A stretch of DNA of 44,793 nt from a candidate division WOR-3 bacterium (lineage in GTDB: Bacteria; Hydrothermota; Tepidihabitantia; B3-TA06; JALVRC01). Where the stretch lies: positions 1-44,793 of the forward strand of contig JALVRC010000046.1 in assembly GCA_027025255.1 (NCBI GenBank). Direction: 5' to 3'. Below, piece after piece: positions 9,351 to 19,232 of this stretch; within the stretch, counting starts at the first letter, position 1, and the number at the start of each line of letters is the position of its first letter. Both the position numbers and the translations under genes were made by a program. The notes under the pieces are model-generated. The model was not told the DNA's origin, ran no database searches, and saw only the letters and a program-made list of their open reading frames with translations.

Positions 9351-10061
9351 TCATAAAAACTTCCTTCTATATCCTCTTTTTGAAGAAACAGAGAAAAAAT
9401 CCAAAACAGACGTGAAAAAAGGCATTTCATTCACCCAGGTTTCAACCTCTTTAAGCATTAAATCAATTCCCCTCTTATATAACTCGTAATAATGTTTAAT
9501 TCTATTAATCTGTTCTTTATTAAATCCGTGTCTTAATAACCCAAGAGTGTTCACCCCATAAATATAAAAAGGGCTACCTGTACCTGCAAGAAAAGGGGGC
9601 AAATCTTGAGACAAGTAGGACATAGCTCCGGTAAAAGCATAACTACCTACTCTTACAAATTGATGAGTCGCTGTCTTCCCTCCTATATACGCATAATTTC
9701 CTATTTGAGTCTCACCACCAAACATACTTCCACTAATTATAATCACTCCTTCTCCTATAAACATATTATGCGATATATGAACAAAACTCATAACCCTACT
9801 CCCCTTTCCCACCACGGTTTTATTCTCAATACCCGTAGCACGAGAAACTATAACATGGGATGAAAGAACTACATTATCCTCTATAACTATATAGGTCTCT
9901 TCTCCTTTATATCTGTAATCCTGAGGTATATGCCCAATCACACAATGAGAACCAATTTCTACATTATTACCAAATACCACAGGGCCTTTTATATAGCTAA
10001 AAACACCTATGCTTAAATTAATACCTTTCTTAACATTACCTTCAATAATATAATTATTCAT
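9351..10061 (-). CDS. lpxA: UDP-N-acetylglucosamine O-acyltransferase (divergent)
   Basis: Hexapeptide repeats; PQD, VHISH, HQF, QDLPP and GVN..GL.R motifs; follows fabZ. Confidence 0.85.
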   Translation of the reverse strand: MNNYIIEGNVKKGINLSIGVFSYIKGPVVFGNNVEIGSHCVIGHIPQDYRYKGEETYIVIEDNVVLSSHVIVSRATGIENKTVVGKGSRVMSFVHISHNMFIGEGVIIISGSMFGGETQIGNYAYIGGKTATHQFVRVGSYAFTGAMSYLSQDLPPFLAGTGSPFYIYGVNTLGLLRHGFNKEQINRIKHYYELYKRGIDLMLKEVETWVNEMPFFTSVLDFFSVSSKRGYRRKFL

Positions 10062-10479
10062 TACCTCCTATCCCAACTAAGAGCTCTCCCTTACATACAA
10101 TATTATCATCAACTGTTGCCTGAACATTTAAAAAAATAATTGGGCCTCTCTCTCTAACAATCTCAGCTCTTAAGAGCAATCTATCTCCAGGTCTTACCTC
10201 TTTTTTAAATCTAAATTTGTCAATCCCTAAAAACAATGGAGTCCCTTTTATCCCTCCTTTTCTTTTAGCAATCAATATTCCGCCTAACTGTGCAAGTGCT
10301 TCTACCTGAATAACGCCTGGCATAATTGGATAATCCGGGAAATGCCCCATAAAAAATGGTTCATTAACAGTAACATTCTTTATCCCTTCAATTACATTAT
10401 TCTTAATACTTACAATCTTATCTACAAATAAAAAAGGATATCTATGTGGGATAAGCCCTTTTATTTCATCTATGTTCAT
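10054..10479 (-). CDS. fabZ: 3-hydroxyacyl-ACP dehydratase
   Basis: PHRYPFLFVD and NEPFFMGHFP..PIMPGVIQVEALAQ motifs. Confidence 0.95.
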   Translation of the reverse strand: MNIDEIKGLIPHRYPFLFVDKIVSIKNNVIEGIKNVTVNEPFFMGHFPDYPIMPGVIQVEALAQLGGILIAKRKGGIKGTPLFLGIDKFRFKKEVRPGDRLLLRAEIVRERGPIIFLNVQATVDDNIVCKGELLVGIGGNE

Positions 10480-11191
10480 AATAAAACCTCCTTAAAATTT
10501 TTGCAAATTTATGATTATGTCTGTGTCCGCTACCCATAAGAAAAACTACCCCCTTTAAAGTAAACGGTAACAAATACATATCTCCTAAGAAATCAAACAT
10601 TTTATGGAACACTATTTCTCTACTCATTCTTTGCGGAACAAAAATATAAAATTTGCCTCTTTTTTTTAATAACCCATTCTCTTCTTTCAAGGAGAATGTC
10701 CTTGCATTAGCTAAATCAAACATATTATTTTTAGTATAAGCAACTATAGGAAAGGCTGTGTTATAAAAAAAATACACAAGCCTTAAATTATGAGAAGGGA
10801 ACACAGCGATTCTTTCAGAGAAAACCGGGAACAAAGGAGTAAAAGAAGGCCTTTTTGTCTGTGTTTTAATCGGCTTCAAAGAAAGGAACCTTTTTCCGCT
10901 ACCATCAAACATTGGGATTTCATTACCTTTTTTAACCTCAACAATCAATCCCGAAATGTTATACATATACAAAACACCAAAAAGATGCTCAACCATAAGT
11001 AACCTGTGCTCATTTCTCTCAATGTATGTTGTATGTTTTCCCACTTTCATATCATTTAAAGTAGGAGAAAATTCAAATCCGTCATTAAACCTTATAAGAA
11101 ATTTATGATAAGGTTTCAATTCAATATGTGTATCCTCGTTAGTAAAATAACCATGACCTTTAATTGTTAAAGCACGCCTTATTGTGTTCAA
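10466..11191 (-). CDS. lpxC: UDP-3-O-acyl-GlcNAc deacetylase (short, divergent)
   Basis: VEHL, EIPMFDGS, ARTF, HKMFDFLGD and GH..N motifs; TTG start; lpxD-lpxC-fabZ-lpxA context. Confidence 0.8.
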   Translation of the reverse strand: MNTIRRALTIKGHGYFTNEDTHIELKPYHKFLIRFNDGFEFSPTLNDMKVGKHTTYIERNEHRLLMVEHLFGVLYMYNISGLIVEVKKGNEIPMFDGSGKRFLSLKPIKTQTKRPSFTPLFPVFSERIAVFPSHNLRLVYFFYNTAFPIVAYTKNNMFDLANARTFSLKEENGLLKKRGKFYIFVPQRMSREIVFHKMFDFLGDMYLLPFTLKGVVFLMGSGHRHNHKFAKILRRFYYEHR

Positions 11192-12048
11192 AGAAAAAGC
11201 CTTGCCCAGGCACGTAAGGTTTCTTTATGGGGTCTTGCAGGAATACCTGAATAAGTACGATTGGGGGGAACACTTCTAAATACAGCTGATTTCGCAAGTA
11301 TTATAGAGTTTTCTCCAATAGAAATATTATCCTTTATCCCTACCTGCCCTGCAATCACAACGTTATCACCGATAATTGAAGAACCTGCAATCCCAACCTG
11401 ACCAGTTATCACTACATTCTCTCCTATTACAACATTATGACCTATCTGAACAAGATTGTCTATCTTTGTTCCTTTACCAACAAAAGTAAAACCTGCAGTA
11501 GACCTATCTATACATACATTTGCCCCAATCTCAACATTATCGCTTACAAACACGTATCCTGACTGTGAATTCCTTACGTATTGATTATTCTCTTTAGAAT
11601 AAGAAAAGCCATAAAACCCTATTGTAGTATTAGGGCCAATAACAACATTCTTCCCAATAACCGTTCTGTCCATTATTACAGCGTTAGGATAAATCACAGT
11701 GCCTCTTCCTATCTTTACATCTTTACCTATATATACTCCGGGAAATGCGGTAAAACTCTTGTGCATACGCGGTTTTTCAAAATCAAATCTAAAAAGAGCA
11801 ACAACTCTTAACCAATCCTTATATGGTGAAGCAGAAATAATTATATCTCTCTTATCATAAGATACACTACTCTCAGGAACAATCAAAATATCCGATTCTG
11901 TTTCATTAATTCTCTTAAGATAATCTAAGCTGAAAAAAGTTACCTCCCCTTTTTTAGCTTGATAATACGGAGCAACCCCATTTACCCTTCTTTTACCTGT
12001 TCCTTTAATCCTTAAACCTAATAGTTTTGCTAATTCGCTACTATTCAC
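11188..12048 (-). CDS. lpxD: UDP-3-O-(3-hydroxyacyl)glucosamine N-acyltransferase
   Basis: GF.Y, EIGAN.CIDR, KIDNLVQIGHNV, GIAGS and G.PA motifs. Confidence 0.9.
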   Translation of the reverse strand: MNSSELAKLLGLRIKGTGKRRVNGVAPYYQAKKGEVTFFSLDYLKRINETESDILIVPESSVSYDKRDIIISASPYKDWLRVVALFRFDFEKPRMHKSFTAFPGVYIGKDVKIGRGTVIYPNAVIMDRTVIGKNVVIGPNTTIGFYGFSYSKENNQYVRNSQSGYVFVSDNVEIGANVCIDRSTAGFTFVGKGTKIDNLVQIGHNVVIGENVVITGQVGIAGSSIIGDNVVIAGQVGIKDNISIGENSIILAKSAVFRSVPPNRTYSGIPARPHKETLRAWARLFL

Positions 12049-12979
12049 CCTTAATTATTGCCTTAAAGGCTCCCATCACAGACGCAAGTTTCTCTGATAA
12101 ATTCTCTCCTCTTTTCACAATTACTTTTTGCTCGGGATAAGATTTAAGTTTTAATGGCTCTGTAAGAGTAAGTATTATTGTCATATCATCTCCATTCTTT
12201 TCCACAACTGCCCTTAAGGAAAAATCTCCATCAAGCAAAGAAGCTACCTCATTAGCATTGGAATTATCAAGTTCTACATCCTTTGCATACCCCTTACTTT
12301 CAAGCATATTCTCTACATCTACTCCTTCAATAAGCTCAATATTCAAATCTTCCTTCATCCTTTGAAGTATGGTAACAAGAGAACTTTTAACCTCTGTTTC
12401 AGCATTTTCGTTGCGGGCCTGGGAACCACGCGGCACAACTCCCAGAAAAACAAGTTTTTTCTTCATTCCTGAAATAACAATAGGATTGAAAGCTTCATTT
12501 AAATCATCTATTACAATCTGAGTAATATCAATACCAGGAGCAGTATACACTACCCCTGCTTCTGCAATATCCAGAACTATAGCAATATTTTCTTCATTAG
12601 CAACCTCTTTTATTACCTTATTTATCTTCTCAATAATAGGCTTAAAAAGCTCCTGCCTTTTCTTCTCATATTTACCGTTATCACCCCATATATCCTTTGC
12701 AAAATTTTCATATCCTTTTTTAAGAGAAGAGAGCTCTTTTTGTTTGAGAACCTTTGCTTCATCTGTAAGCATCGCTTCTTGAGTTTCATATTCTCTTTTA
12801 CTCTCTTCATATAAGCGTTTCAATGAGTCAAGACTCACCTTCCATCTCATTACTTCAAGATCCAGTTTCTCCTGTGCCTCTATTGCTTCTTTATATGTTT
12901 TAAAAATCTTTCTTGAATCAACTATAGCTATTTTTGATGATTGAACATCACTTGCTGTTAAAAGAAAAAATAGAATCAT
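12041..12979 (-). CDS. skp: OmpH/Skp periplasmic chaperone fused to an extra alpha/beta C-terminal domain
   Basis: KIAIVD, coiled coil and DIT..VI..LN motifs upstream of lpxD, then about 145 additional residues. Confidence 0.8.
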   Translation of the reverse strand: MILFFLLTASDVQSSKIAIVDSRKIFKTYKEAIEAQEKLDLEVMRWKVSLDSLKRLYEESKREYETQEAMLTDEAKVLKQKELSSLKKGYENFAKDIWGDNGKYEKKRQELFKPIIEKINKVIKEVANEENIAIVLDIAEAGVVYTAPGIDITQIVIDDLNEAFNPIVISGMKKKLVFLGVVPRGSQARNENAETEVKSSLVTILQRMKEDLNIELIEGVDVENMLESKGYAKDVELDNSNANEVASLLDGDFSLRAVVEKNGDDMTIILTLTEPLKLKSYPEQKVIVKRGENLSEKLASVMGAFKAIIKGE

Positions 12980-12985
12980 GGTATA

Positions 12986-13013
12986 AATATATATATAAAA
13001 AAGAAAAAGTCAA
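12986..13013 (-). promoter_or_regulatory. sigma70-like promoter TTGACT-N16-TATATT, 6 nt before the ompH ATG
   Basis: Read from the reverse complement; no SD before the ATG. Confidence 0.7.
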
Positions 13014-13029
13014 CAATAAAAAAGGTATG

Positions 13030-13062
13030 AAAAACTGACAAGGGTATACCCTATACCCTTGT
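13030..13062 (-). terminator. Terminator after argF: ACAAGGGTATA-N3-TATACCCTTGT, then CAGTTTTT
   Basis: 11-bp perfect stem 13038-13048/13052-13062. Confidence 0.7.
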
Positions 13063-13967
13063 TAGCCTAAATAATGCATTATTGCCTTCTGTATGTGCAA
13101 TCTATTTTCAGCTTCATCCAGAACAACAGAATAAGAGGCATCCAATATATCAGATGTTATTTCTTCCCCTCTGTGCGCAGGTAAGCAATGCATTACTATT
13201 ACATCTTTATCACTGGCCTCTACAAGCTTCCTGTTAACCTGAAACTTACTGAATACCTTCTTCCTCTTCTCAGCTTCAGCTTCCTGCCCCATAGAAGCCC
13301 AAACATCTGTATAGATAACATCAGTTCCTTTTACTGCTTCAAATGGGTCATTAAAAAGTTCTATCTTTGCACCAGTATTTTTTGCTATGTTTTGTGCTTC
13401 CATTAAAAATTTACCATTTATTTCATACCCAGCCGGAGAAGCAATCCTGAAATTAGCTCCCAGAATAGCAGCTGTAAGTAAGAGAGAATTTGCCACATTA
13501 TTACCGTCTCCAATAAAAGTTAAAGTAATCCCTTCCACTCTACCTAATTTCTCCTCAATAGTTAGAAAATCTCCGTATGCCTGACAGGGATGTTCAAGAT
13601 CTGAAAGAGCATTAATTACAGGAATTGATGCATTTTCCGCAAGTTCCATAACTGTTGAGTGAGCAAATGTTCTTGCTGCAACAAAATCAACCCATCGTGA
13701 AAGATTCCTGCCAACATCAGCAACACTCTCCCTTTTCCCAAGCTGAATATCAGCGGGTGCAAGATAAACCACACTCCCTCCCGACTGAAACATAGCAACA
13801 GAAAAGGTAACCCTTGTTCTTAATGATGGTTTCTCAAACACAAGAGCCAGTGTTTTTCCTCTCATAACCTCATTATAACCCTCTTTTTTCAGCCTTTTTG
13901 CCAATGAAAATAATTCTATGAGTTCATCTTTTGTAAAATCTTTACTTGAAATAAGATCCTTTTTCAT
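13062..13967 (-). CDS. argF: Ornithine carbamoyltransferase
   Basis: SLRT, HPCQ, GDGNN, DVWASMG, HCLPAHRG and AENR motifs. Confidence 0.92.
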   Translation of the reverse strand: MKKDLISSKDFTKDELIELFSLAKRLKKEGYNEVMRGKTLALVFEKPSLRTRVTFSVAMFQSGGSVVYLAPADIQLGKRESVADVGRNLSRWVDFVAARTFAHSTVMELAENASIPVINALSDLEHPCQAYGDFLTIEEKLGRVEGITLTFIGDGNNVANSLLLTAAILGANFRIASPAGYEINGKFLMEAQNIAKNTGAKIELFNDPFEAVKGTDVIYTDVWASMGQEAEAEKRKKVFSKFQVNRKLVEASDKDVIVMHCLPAHRGEEITSDILDASYSVVLDEAENRLHIQKAIMHYLG

Positions 13968-13975
13968 GCCTCCTC

Positions 13976-15298
13976 CTATATTTCCTCTTTATGTTCTAAA
14001 AACTTTACACCTACATTCTCCAATTCATCCATTACAGGATTATATATATCCTCAACAACAGGAATCCATACACCTCTCCTTGTAATTTTGCCCTCATGAA
14101 TAAGTCTTACTGCAATTGCAGCAGGAAGAGCAACTGTTAAAGCTACAGCTGAATCCTTTTTTGAATTTACATATCCGTAGTAAAGCATTAAAGAAGTAAT
14201 CCTCTCCTTTTTACTATTGTAAGAAGCTACAAATTCATGTTTCATAACTATCATATCTCTTTCTTCAGGTTTGTATGAAAGCTTTTCAAGAAGGAGATTA
14301 ACAAAAGCATCTAAGGCATTATCTATCGTATTCGGGATAGGTTTATTTGAAAAAAGCCCGAGCCAGTCTAACTTCTCTATTGCTGGATCATCATTGGAAA
14401 GTGATAAAAATGCCGCGACATCTTCTCTTTTCCCGTTTGTTTTAGTTACCATAGCTATTAAATCAGCATAAACCTTTCCCTTTAAATCTAACTTATTCTC
14501 ATTGAGTATATTTAACTTCTTTATATTATGCCATAAATGACACCAGCCCGAGTAACGCAGGGTCCCTCTAAATATACCTGACACATCAGGAATCCCGTAA
14601 AGCTCCTTATAAGGGATGGAATCTCTATTGGGGTAAACTTCAAGTTTGTTAATTCCATCCTTTAGTATTTCAATCTCCCTTGGATAAGCAAATAGCTCTT
14701 CAGTTGGGATATATATTTCTTCCCCATTCTTAAGATATCTCCCATCATTTTTTGCTGCAAGTACAACCCCCTTAGGACTCCATGAAAATTTATATTTAAA
14801 CGGATTGTCTGCTGCTTCTGGTGCGGGCAAAGCTCCTGTAAAGGAATGAAAAACCTCAACTTTACCCCCTTTATTTTGAATACTATGTATTATTCTCATT
14901 GCTGACATGTGATCTATCCCGGGATCCACACCTATTTCATTAAGGATAAGAACATCTTTATCCTTAGCCTTTTTATCTAAAGCCTTCATCTCTGGTTTAA
15001 CATAAGACGTTGTTACCATGTGCTTCTTATGTTTAATAGCAATTTCTGCTACCATTACATGGTAAGCATAGGGGAGAAGACTAACCACAATATCATGTTC
15101 CTCTATCATTTTATCAAGTCTATCCGTCTCATCAACTAACCAGGAAACAGCCTTCCCGTTTTGATGCCCTTCAAGCATACTCTCCGCTTTACTAACAGTT
15201 CTTGAGGCAACAGTTAACATAAAATCATGCTTTAAAAGATAACGTACAAGTGGCCTTGCCACCATACCTGCACCAAGAACCAGAATTCTACCTTTCAT
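13976..15298 (-). CDS. Saccharopine dehydrogenase, glutamate-forming type (Lys9/AASS C-terminal half-like)
   Basis: LGAGMV, SLLPY..H, TTSYV, NEIGVDPGIDHM, YKFSWSP.G, YPNRDS and RGTLRY motifs. Confidence 0.88.
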   Translation of the reverse strand: MKGRILVLGAGMVARPLVRYLLKHDFMLTVASRTVSKAESMLEGHQNGKAVSWLVDETDRLDKMIEEHDIVVSLLPYAYHVMVAEIAIKHKKHMVTTSYVKPEMKALDKKAKDKDVLILNEIGVDPGIDHMSAMRIIHSIQNKGGKVEVFHSFTGALPAPEAADNPFKYKFSWSPKGVVLAAKNDGRYLKNGEEIYIPTEELFAYPREIEILKDGINKLEVYPNRDSIPYKELYGIPDVSGIFRGTLRYSGWCHLWHNIKKLNILNENKLDLKGKVYADLIAMVTKTNGKREDVAAFLSLSNDDPAIEKLDWLGLFSNKPIPNTIDNALDAFVNLLLEKLSYKPEERDMIVMKHEFVASYNSKKERITSLMLYYGYVNSKKDSAVALTVALPAAIAVRLIHEGKITRRGVWIPVVEDIYNPVMDELENVGVKFLEHKEEI

Positions 15299-15307
15299 TA
15301 TACCTCC

Positions 15308-16585
15308 TTATAAAAAGTGGATTAAGTATTTATATTGCGGTGTTAACTTTCCTTTATAAAGTATAACTCCAGCTTTCAAGTATTCTGGCAAACCATAGTC
15401 TAAAAAAGAGTCAACTTCTTCTGTTTCTACAATATACCTTACAAAATCTTTAAGTATACTACTAAAAAAACGAGAGCTATCCTTTGGTAATTCTGCTGGC
15501 AAATTATCTATAGCAGTTATTGTAATTCCTCTCTCCTGTATACCTTTTTTAAAAATATCTGTATCAGGATAGTATGTATATGAAGGCTCATCCGGCTCTG
15601 TTGCCCATTCAGTAATTTCCACAGCTCCTCTAATATCACAGCTAATATCACCGATAACCTTTAAGGGTAATTGACCTTTAGCATCATAATATCCTCTTAA
15701 ATATCCTCTTTCTATTAATCGTGGATATCTTTGATCCCAATATATAGCATTAACAAGTACATCAAGATATGGAAGATATCTTGAAAAAATGGAATGATAT
15801 TTATGAGGATGTTCATAATAGTGAGAAAGCTCGAATTCTCCCCTATCAATACGTTCTACCATATCTTCCTCTTTAAAAACTACATAAAAAAGGTCCTTTT
15901 TATCCTTATATACATTCAAATCCTTAATTTCTATCTCATGAACTTTAAATTTCTTTAAGACCTCCTGTGCCCCTTTTGATACATTACCATATCCGGTAAT
16001 ACCAATTATACCATGAATTAATTGTTTCTCAAAAAGGCCTCTCAAACGCACAAGCTCATTAAGCATCTCCTGTAAATCAGTATACATATAAGGCTGTTTT
16101 ATTTCCTGAGAGATTGTTGTTTTAATACCTTGTTTTTCAATCTTTTTAAAAAATGCAACCAATGTTTCCATCATGCCTGCGTAGCCTGCATAGTTACCGA
16201 AATATATTAATCTCCTGTTATTCTCATCAACTATTCTCTCATAATCAATTAAAGTGTTCTTCTTTTCCATCATCCTTTTAAGCATAGGCATATTATAGGA
16301 TTGACCTTTAATTGTATGAGAAAAAAATACATATGTTTTATTTTCCTCAAAAAAATCCACTGGCATTTCTTTTATACCAAAAATTACATCAGCATCAAGC
16401 TTTTCCTTTACTAAAGCCCCGACTTTCTCATACTCTTTATCCTGAAAAGCACGAATCTTCGAAGGTTGTATTTCTGTTTTTATATTAAATTCATCTAAAA
16501 GGAACTTTACATCCTCAGGAACAATAGGAACGCGTCTTTCCCATTGATTTTTATCTTCTCTTCTAATACCAATAATTTTTTTCAA
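15308..16585 (-). CDS. Lysine-ketoglutarate reductase-like (AASS N-terminal half; AlaDH/PNT fold)
   Basis: IGIRREDKNQWERR.P, FFSHTIKGQ.YNMP, LIDYE, FG.YAG.AG, GYGNVSKGA, DISCD and IDNLP.ELP motifs; TTG start with GGAGG SD. Confidence 0.85.
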   Translation of the reverse strand: MKKIIGIRREDKNQWERRVPIVPEDVKFLLDEFNIKTEIQPSKIRAFQDKEYEKVGALVKEKLDADVIFGIKEMPVDFFEENKTYVFFSHTIKGQSYNMPMLKRMMEKKNTLIDYERIVDENNRRLIYFGNYAGYAGMMETLVAFFKKIEKQGIKTTISQEIKQPYMYTDLQEMLNELVRLRGLFEKQLIHGIIGITGYGNVSKGAQEVLKKFKVHEIEIKDLNVYKDKKDLFYVVFKEEDMVERIDRGEFELSHYYEHPHKYHSIFSRYLPYLDVLVNAIYWDQRYPRLIERGYLRGYYDAKGQLPLKVIGDISCDIRGAVEITEWATEPDEPSYTYYPDTDIFKKGIQERGITITAIDNLPAELPKDSSRFFSSILKDFVRYIVETEEVDSFLDYGLPEYLKAGVILYKGKLTPQYKYLIHFL

Positions 16586-16619
16586 TAAACCTCCTTTTAA
16601 TTAAAACGCACTGTCATCA

Positions 16620-16647
16620 ATTATATATATTAAAAAAGATTAGTCAA
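16620..16647 (-). promoter_or_regulatory. sigma70-like promoter TTGACT-N16-TATAAT for the LKR-SDH-argF operon
   Basis: + strand ATTATA 16620-16625 and AGTCAA 16642-16647. Confidence 0.75.
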
Positions 16648-16751
16648 GCAACTTAACTTTTATAAAAGTAAAAAACATCACCTGCAAGTAGTAAATATTT
16701 ATTCTTTATTTATTTCTTATTTAACTATTATAAAAGAAAATTACAGTTTTA

Positions 16752-19232
16752 TCAATTCAGGCTGTTAATAATGCTTCTTTTCACCGAAGAAAAATCTCCC
16801 TCAAAAACCCCCCTTATAACGTTTTTTCCTCCACCCTTAAAACCTAAATCCCTTAAAGTATTCAAATCTATCTTACTGTCTATACTAAAAAGAATAAACT
16901 GTTTTCCACAAACAAGCAAGTAATTAAGTCCTTTATTTTTCAATAAATCACCAATAACTATTAAGTGCTTACAGGGGAACCTTTTAACTTCCTCTATAAC
17001 CCATTTGGATTTTTTTATTTCAATAATGCTAATTTGCTTAATCCACTCCTCTGATAACAATGAAACTATACGGTAATTTTCATCTTTCATATTCTTTAGC
17101 TCACTATATAATGTATCTATCTTACGTTCTATCAAATCCTCCGTAATATTCAATCGTTGCCTTAAATGCTCTAAAAGCTTTATCTTTTCCTTTAAATACC
17201 TAAATGCTCTCTCGCCTGTATAGGCATCTATCCTCCTTATACCGGCGGAAGCACTCTCTTCTTTAATAATCTTAAAAACCCCTATTTCACCAGTATTACT
17301 TAAATGAGTTCCCCCACAAAGCTCTTTAGAAAAATCTCCTATAGAAACCATTCTAACACTATCTCCGTAAACCTCATTAAAAAAAGCCAGTGCCCCCTCT
17401 TGTCTTGCTTTTTCTAAAGTAGTAACAATTGTTTCAATATTCCAGGCCTTTCTTACAACTCTATTTATCATTTCTTCCACCTTCTCTATTTCCATTTGAC
17501 TTAAAGGTTTTAAGGATGTAAAATCAAACCTTAAACGACCAACACCAACGTATGAGCCTTCCTGTCTGACAAATTCTCCTACAACTTTTCTTAGAGCAGC
17601 CTGAAGCAGATGTGTAGCAGTATGAGCTCTTGCTATCTCCTTCCTTCTGTCAACATTAACTTCTGCTATTACACGCATATCATTGCCAATTTCCCCCTCC
17701 CATTTTCCCTTTAAAACTCGTAATTTACCTATGTAAAAGCTGTCCTCTACCTGAAAACTAAAACCATTTCCTTTTACAATCCCACTATCCCCAATCTGAC
17801 CACCTGACTCTGCATAAAAAGGTGTTTCTCTAAGGACTAAAAAACCATTGTCTCCGTCTCGCGTATATCTTATAACTTCAGTCTCAACCCTGAAATTTTC
17901 ATATCCAACAAACCTCTGGTCTACTTCTTTAACAATCTTCCATTCGTTGGTCTTAAAATCAGTTCTAATCTTTGAACGTATCCTCTGCTCCTTTAACAAT
18001 TTGTAAAAACCCTGCTCATTAAAAGCTTTACCTCTTTCCCTTAAAAGTACCTTAATAAGATCAAAGGGAAATCCATAGGTATCATAAAGCTTAAAAACAT
18101 GCATCTCATCAATATTACCTTTTTTAAAATAATCTACAAATATTTTCATACCTCTATCAAGTGTCTTTAAAAACCTCTCCTCTTCTGATTTTACTACCAG
18201 AACAACAGTATCTTCTCTCTCAACTAATTCAGGATAAGCCTCCTTCATGATATCTACAACAACAGGGACCAGCCTGAAGAGAATGGGTTTTTTAATCCCT
18301 ACCTGATATAACATACCTAAAGCCCTTCTCAGTATCCTTCTTAATACATATCCCCTCTCTTCATTTGATGGAATAACACCCTCAGAAATAGCAAAGGTTA
18401 ATGCTCTTACATGATCAATAGCAGTTCTAATATAAACAATGTGTGATAAGGAATCAAGAGAAGTCATACCCAATAATGCATTTTTTATAGGTTCAAACAA
18501 ATCTGTTTCAAAGATACTCTTTTTTTCTTGCAAAACCATAGCAAACCGTTCAAGTCCCATTCCAGTGTCAATGCCTCTATTCTTCAATGGTTTTCTTGTG
18601 CCATCCTTTTTTTGATCATACTGTGGAAAAACAAGATTCCAAATCTCCATATATCTTTCACAATCACATTGAGGCCCCTCACATCCTTCGGGGCAGGCAA
18701 ATTCTCTGCCAAAATCATAGAATATCTCGCTTGAGGGCCCGCATGCACCTGTTCCACCAGCTGGGCCCCAGAAATTTGTTTTATCTCCGAGCCTGACTAT
18801 CTTTGAAGGTTCCAACCCCAATGACAACCATATATTATATGCCTCATCATCATCATGGTGTACAGTAACCCACAATCTCTCTTTTTTTAGACCGATTACA
18901 TCTGTCAAATATTCCCATGCCCACTCTATAGCCTCCTTCTTAAAATAATCTCCAAAAGAAAAATTACCAAGCATTTCAAAAAACGTTTCGTGAGAAATGG
19001 TTCTTCCGACATTATCAATATCAGATGCCCTTAAGCACTTTTGAATGCTCGCAGCTCTCGGATATTCCGGTTTAACTTCACCTGCCCAGAACGGCTTAAA
19101 TTGTACCATCCCTGCACTTGTAAACAAAAGGCTCGGATCATTGTATGGAACAAGAAGAGAAGAAGGAAAAATCTTGTGATCTTTGCTTTTAAAAAATTCC
19201 AAAAAACTGCGTCTTATTTCAGAATGTTTCAC
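16752..19232 (-). CDS. alaS: Alanine--tRNA ligase
   Basis: FFEMLGNFSFGDYFK, DTGMGLER, TPFYAESGGQ.GD, and editing motifs HTATH and ELCGGTH. Confidence 0.97.
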   Translation of the reverse strand: MKHSEIRRSFLEFFKSKDHKIFPSSLLVPYNDPSLLFTSAGMVQFKPFWAGEVKPEYPRAASIQKCLRASDIDNVGRTISHETFFEMLGNFSFGDYFKKEAIEWAWEYLTDVIGLKKERLWVTVHHDDDEAYNIWLSLGLEPSKIVRLGDKTNFWGPAGGTGACGPSSEIFYDFGREFACPEGCEGPQCDCERYMEIWNLVFPQYDQKKDGTRKPLKNRGIDTGMGLERFAMVLQEKKSIFETDLFEPIKNALLGMTSLDSLSHIVYIRTAIDHVRALTFAISEGVIPSNEERGYVLRRILRRALGMLYQVGIKKPILFRLVPVVVDIMKEAYPELVEREDTVVLVVKSEEERFLKTLDRGMKIFVDYFKKGNIDEMHVFKLYDTYGFPFDLIKVLLRERGKAFNEQGFYKLLKEQRIRSKIRTDFKTNEWKIVKEVDQRFVGYENFRVETEVIRYTRDGDNGFLVLRETPFYAESGGQIGDSGIVKGNGFSFQVEDSFYIGKLRVLKGKWEGEIGNDMRVIAEVNVDRRKEIARAHTATHLLQAALRKVVGEFVRQEGSYVGVGRLRFDFTSLKPLSQMEIEKVEEMINRVVRKAWNIETIVTTLEKARQEGALAFFNEVYGDSVRMVSIGDFSKELCGGTHLSNTGEIGVFKIIKEESASAGIRRIDAYTGERAFRYLKEKIKLLEHLRQRLNITEDLIERKIDTLYSELKNMKDENYRIVSLLSEEWIKQISIIEIKKSKWVIEEVKRFPCKHLIVIGDLLKNKGLNYLLVCGKQFILFSIDSKIDLNTLRDLGFKGGGKNVIRGVFEGDFSSVKRSIINSLN

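Noticed and set aside
13062..13967. Acetyl- or succinyl-ornithine transcarbamylase, suggested by the SLRT motif
   Set aside because: The DxxxSMG and HCLPAHRG ornithine-binding motifs are intact, which indicates a regular OTC.
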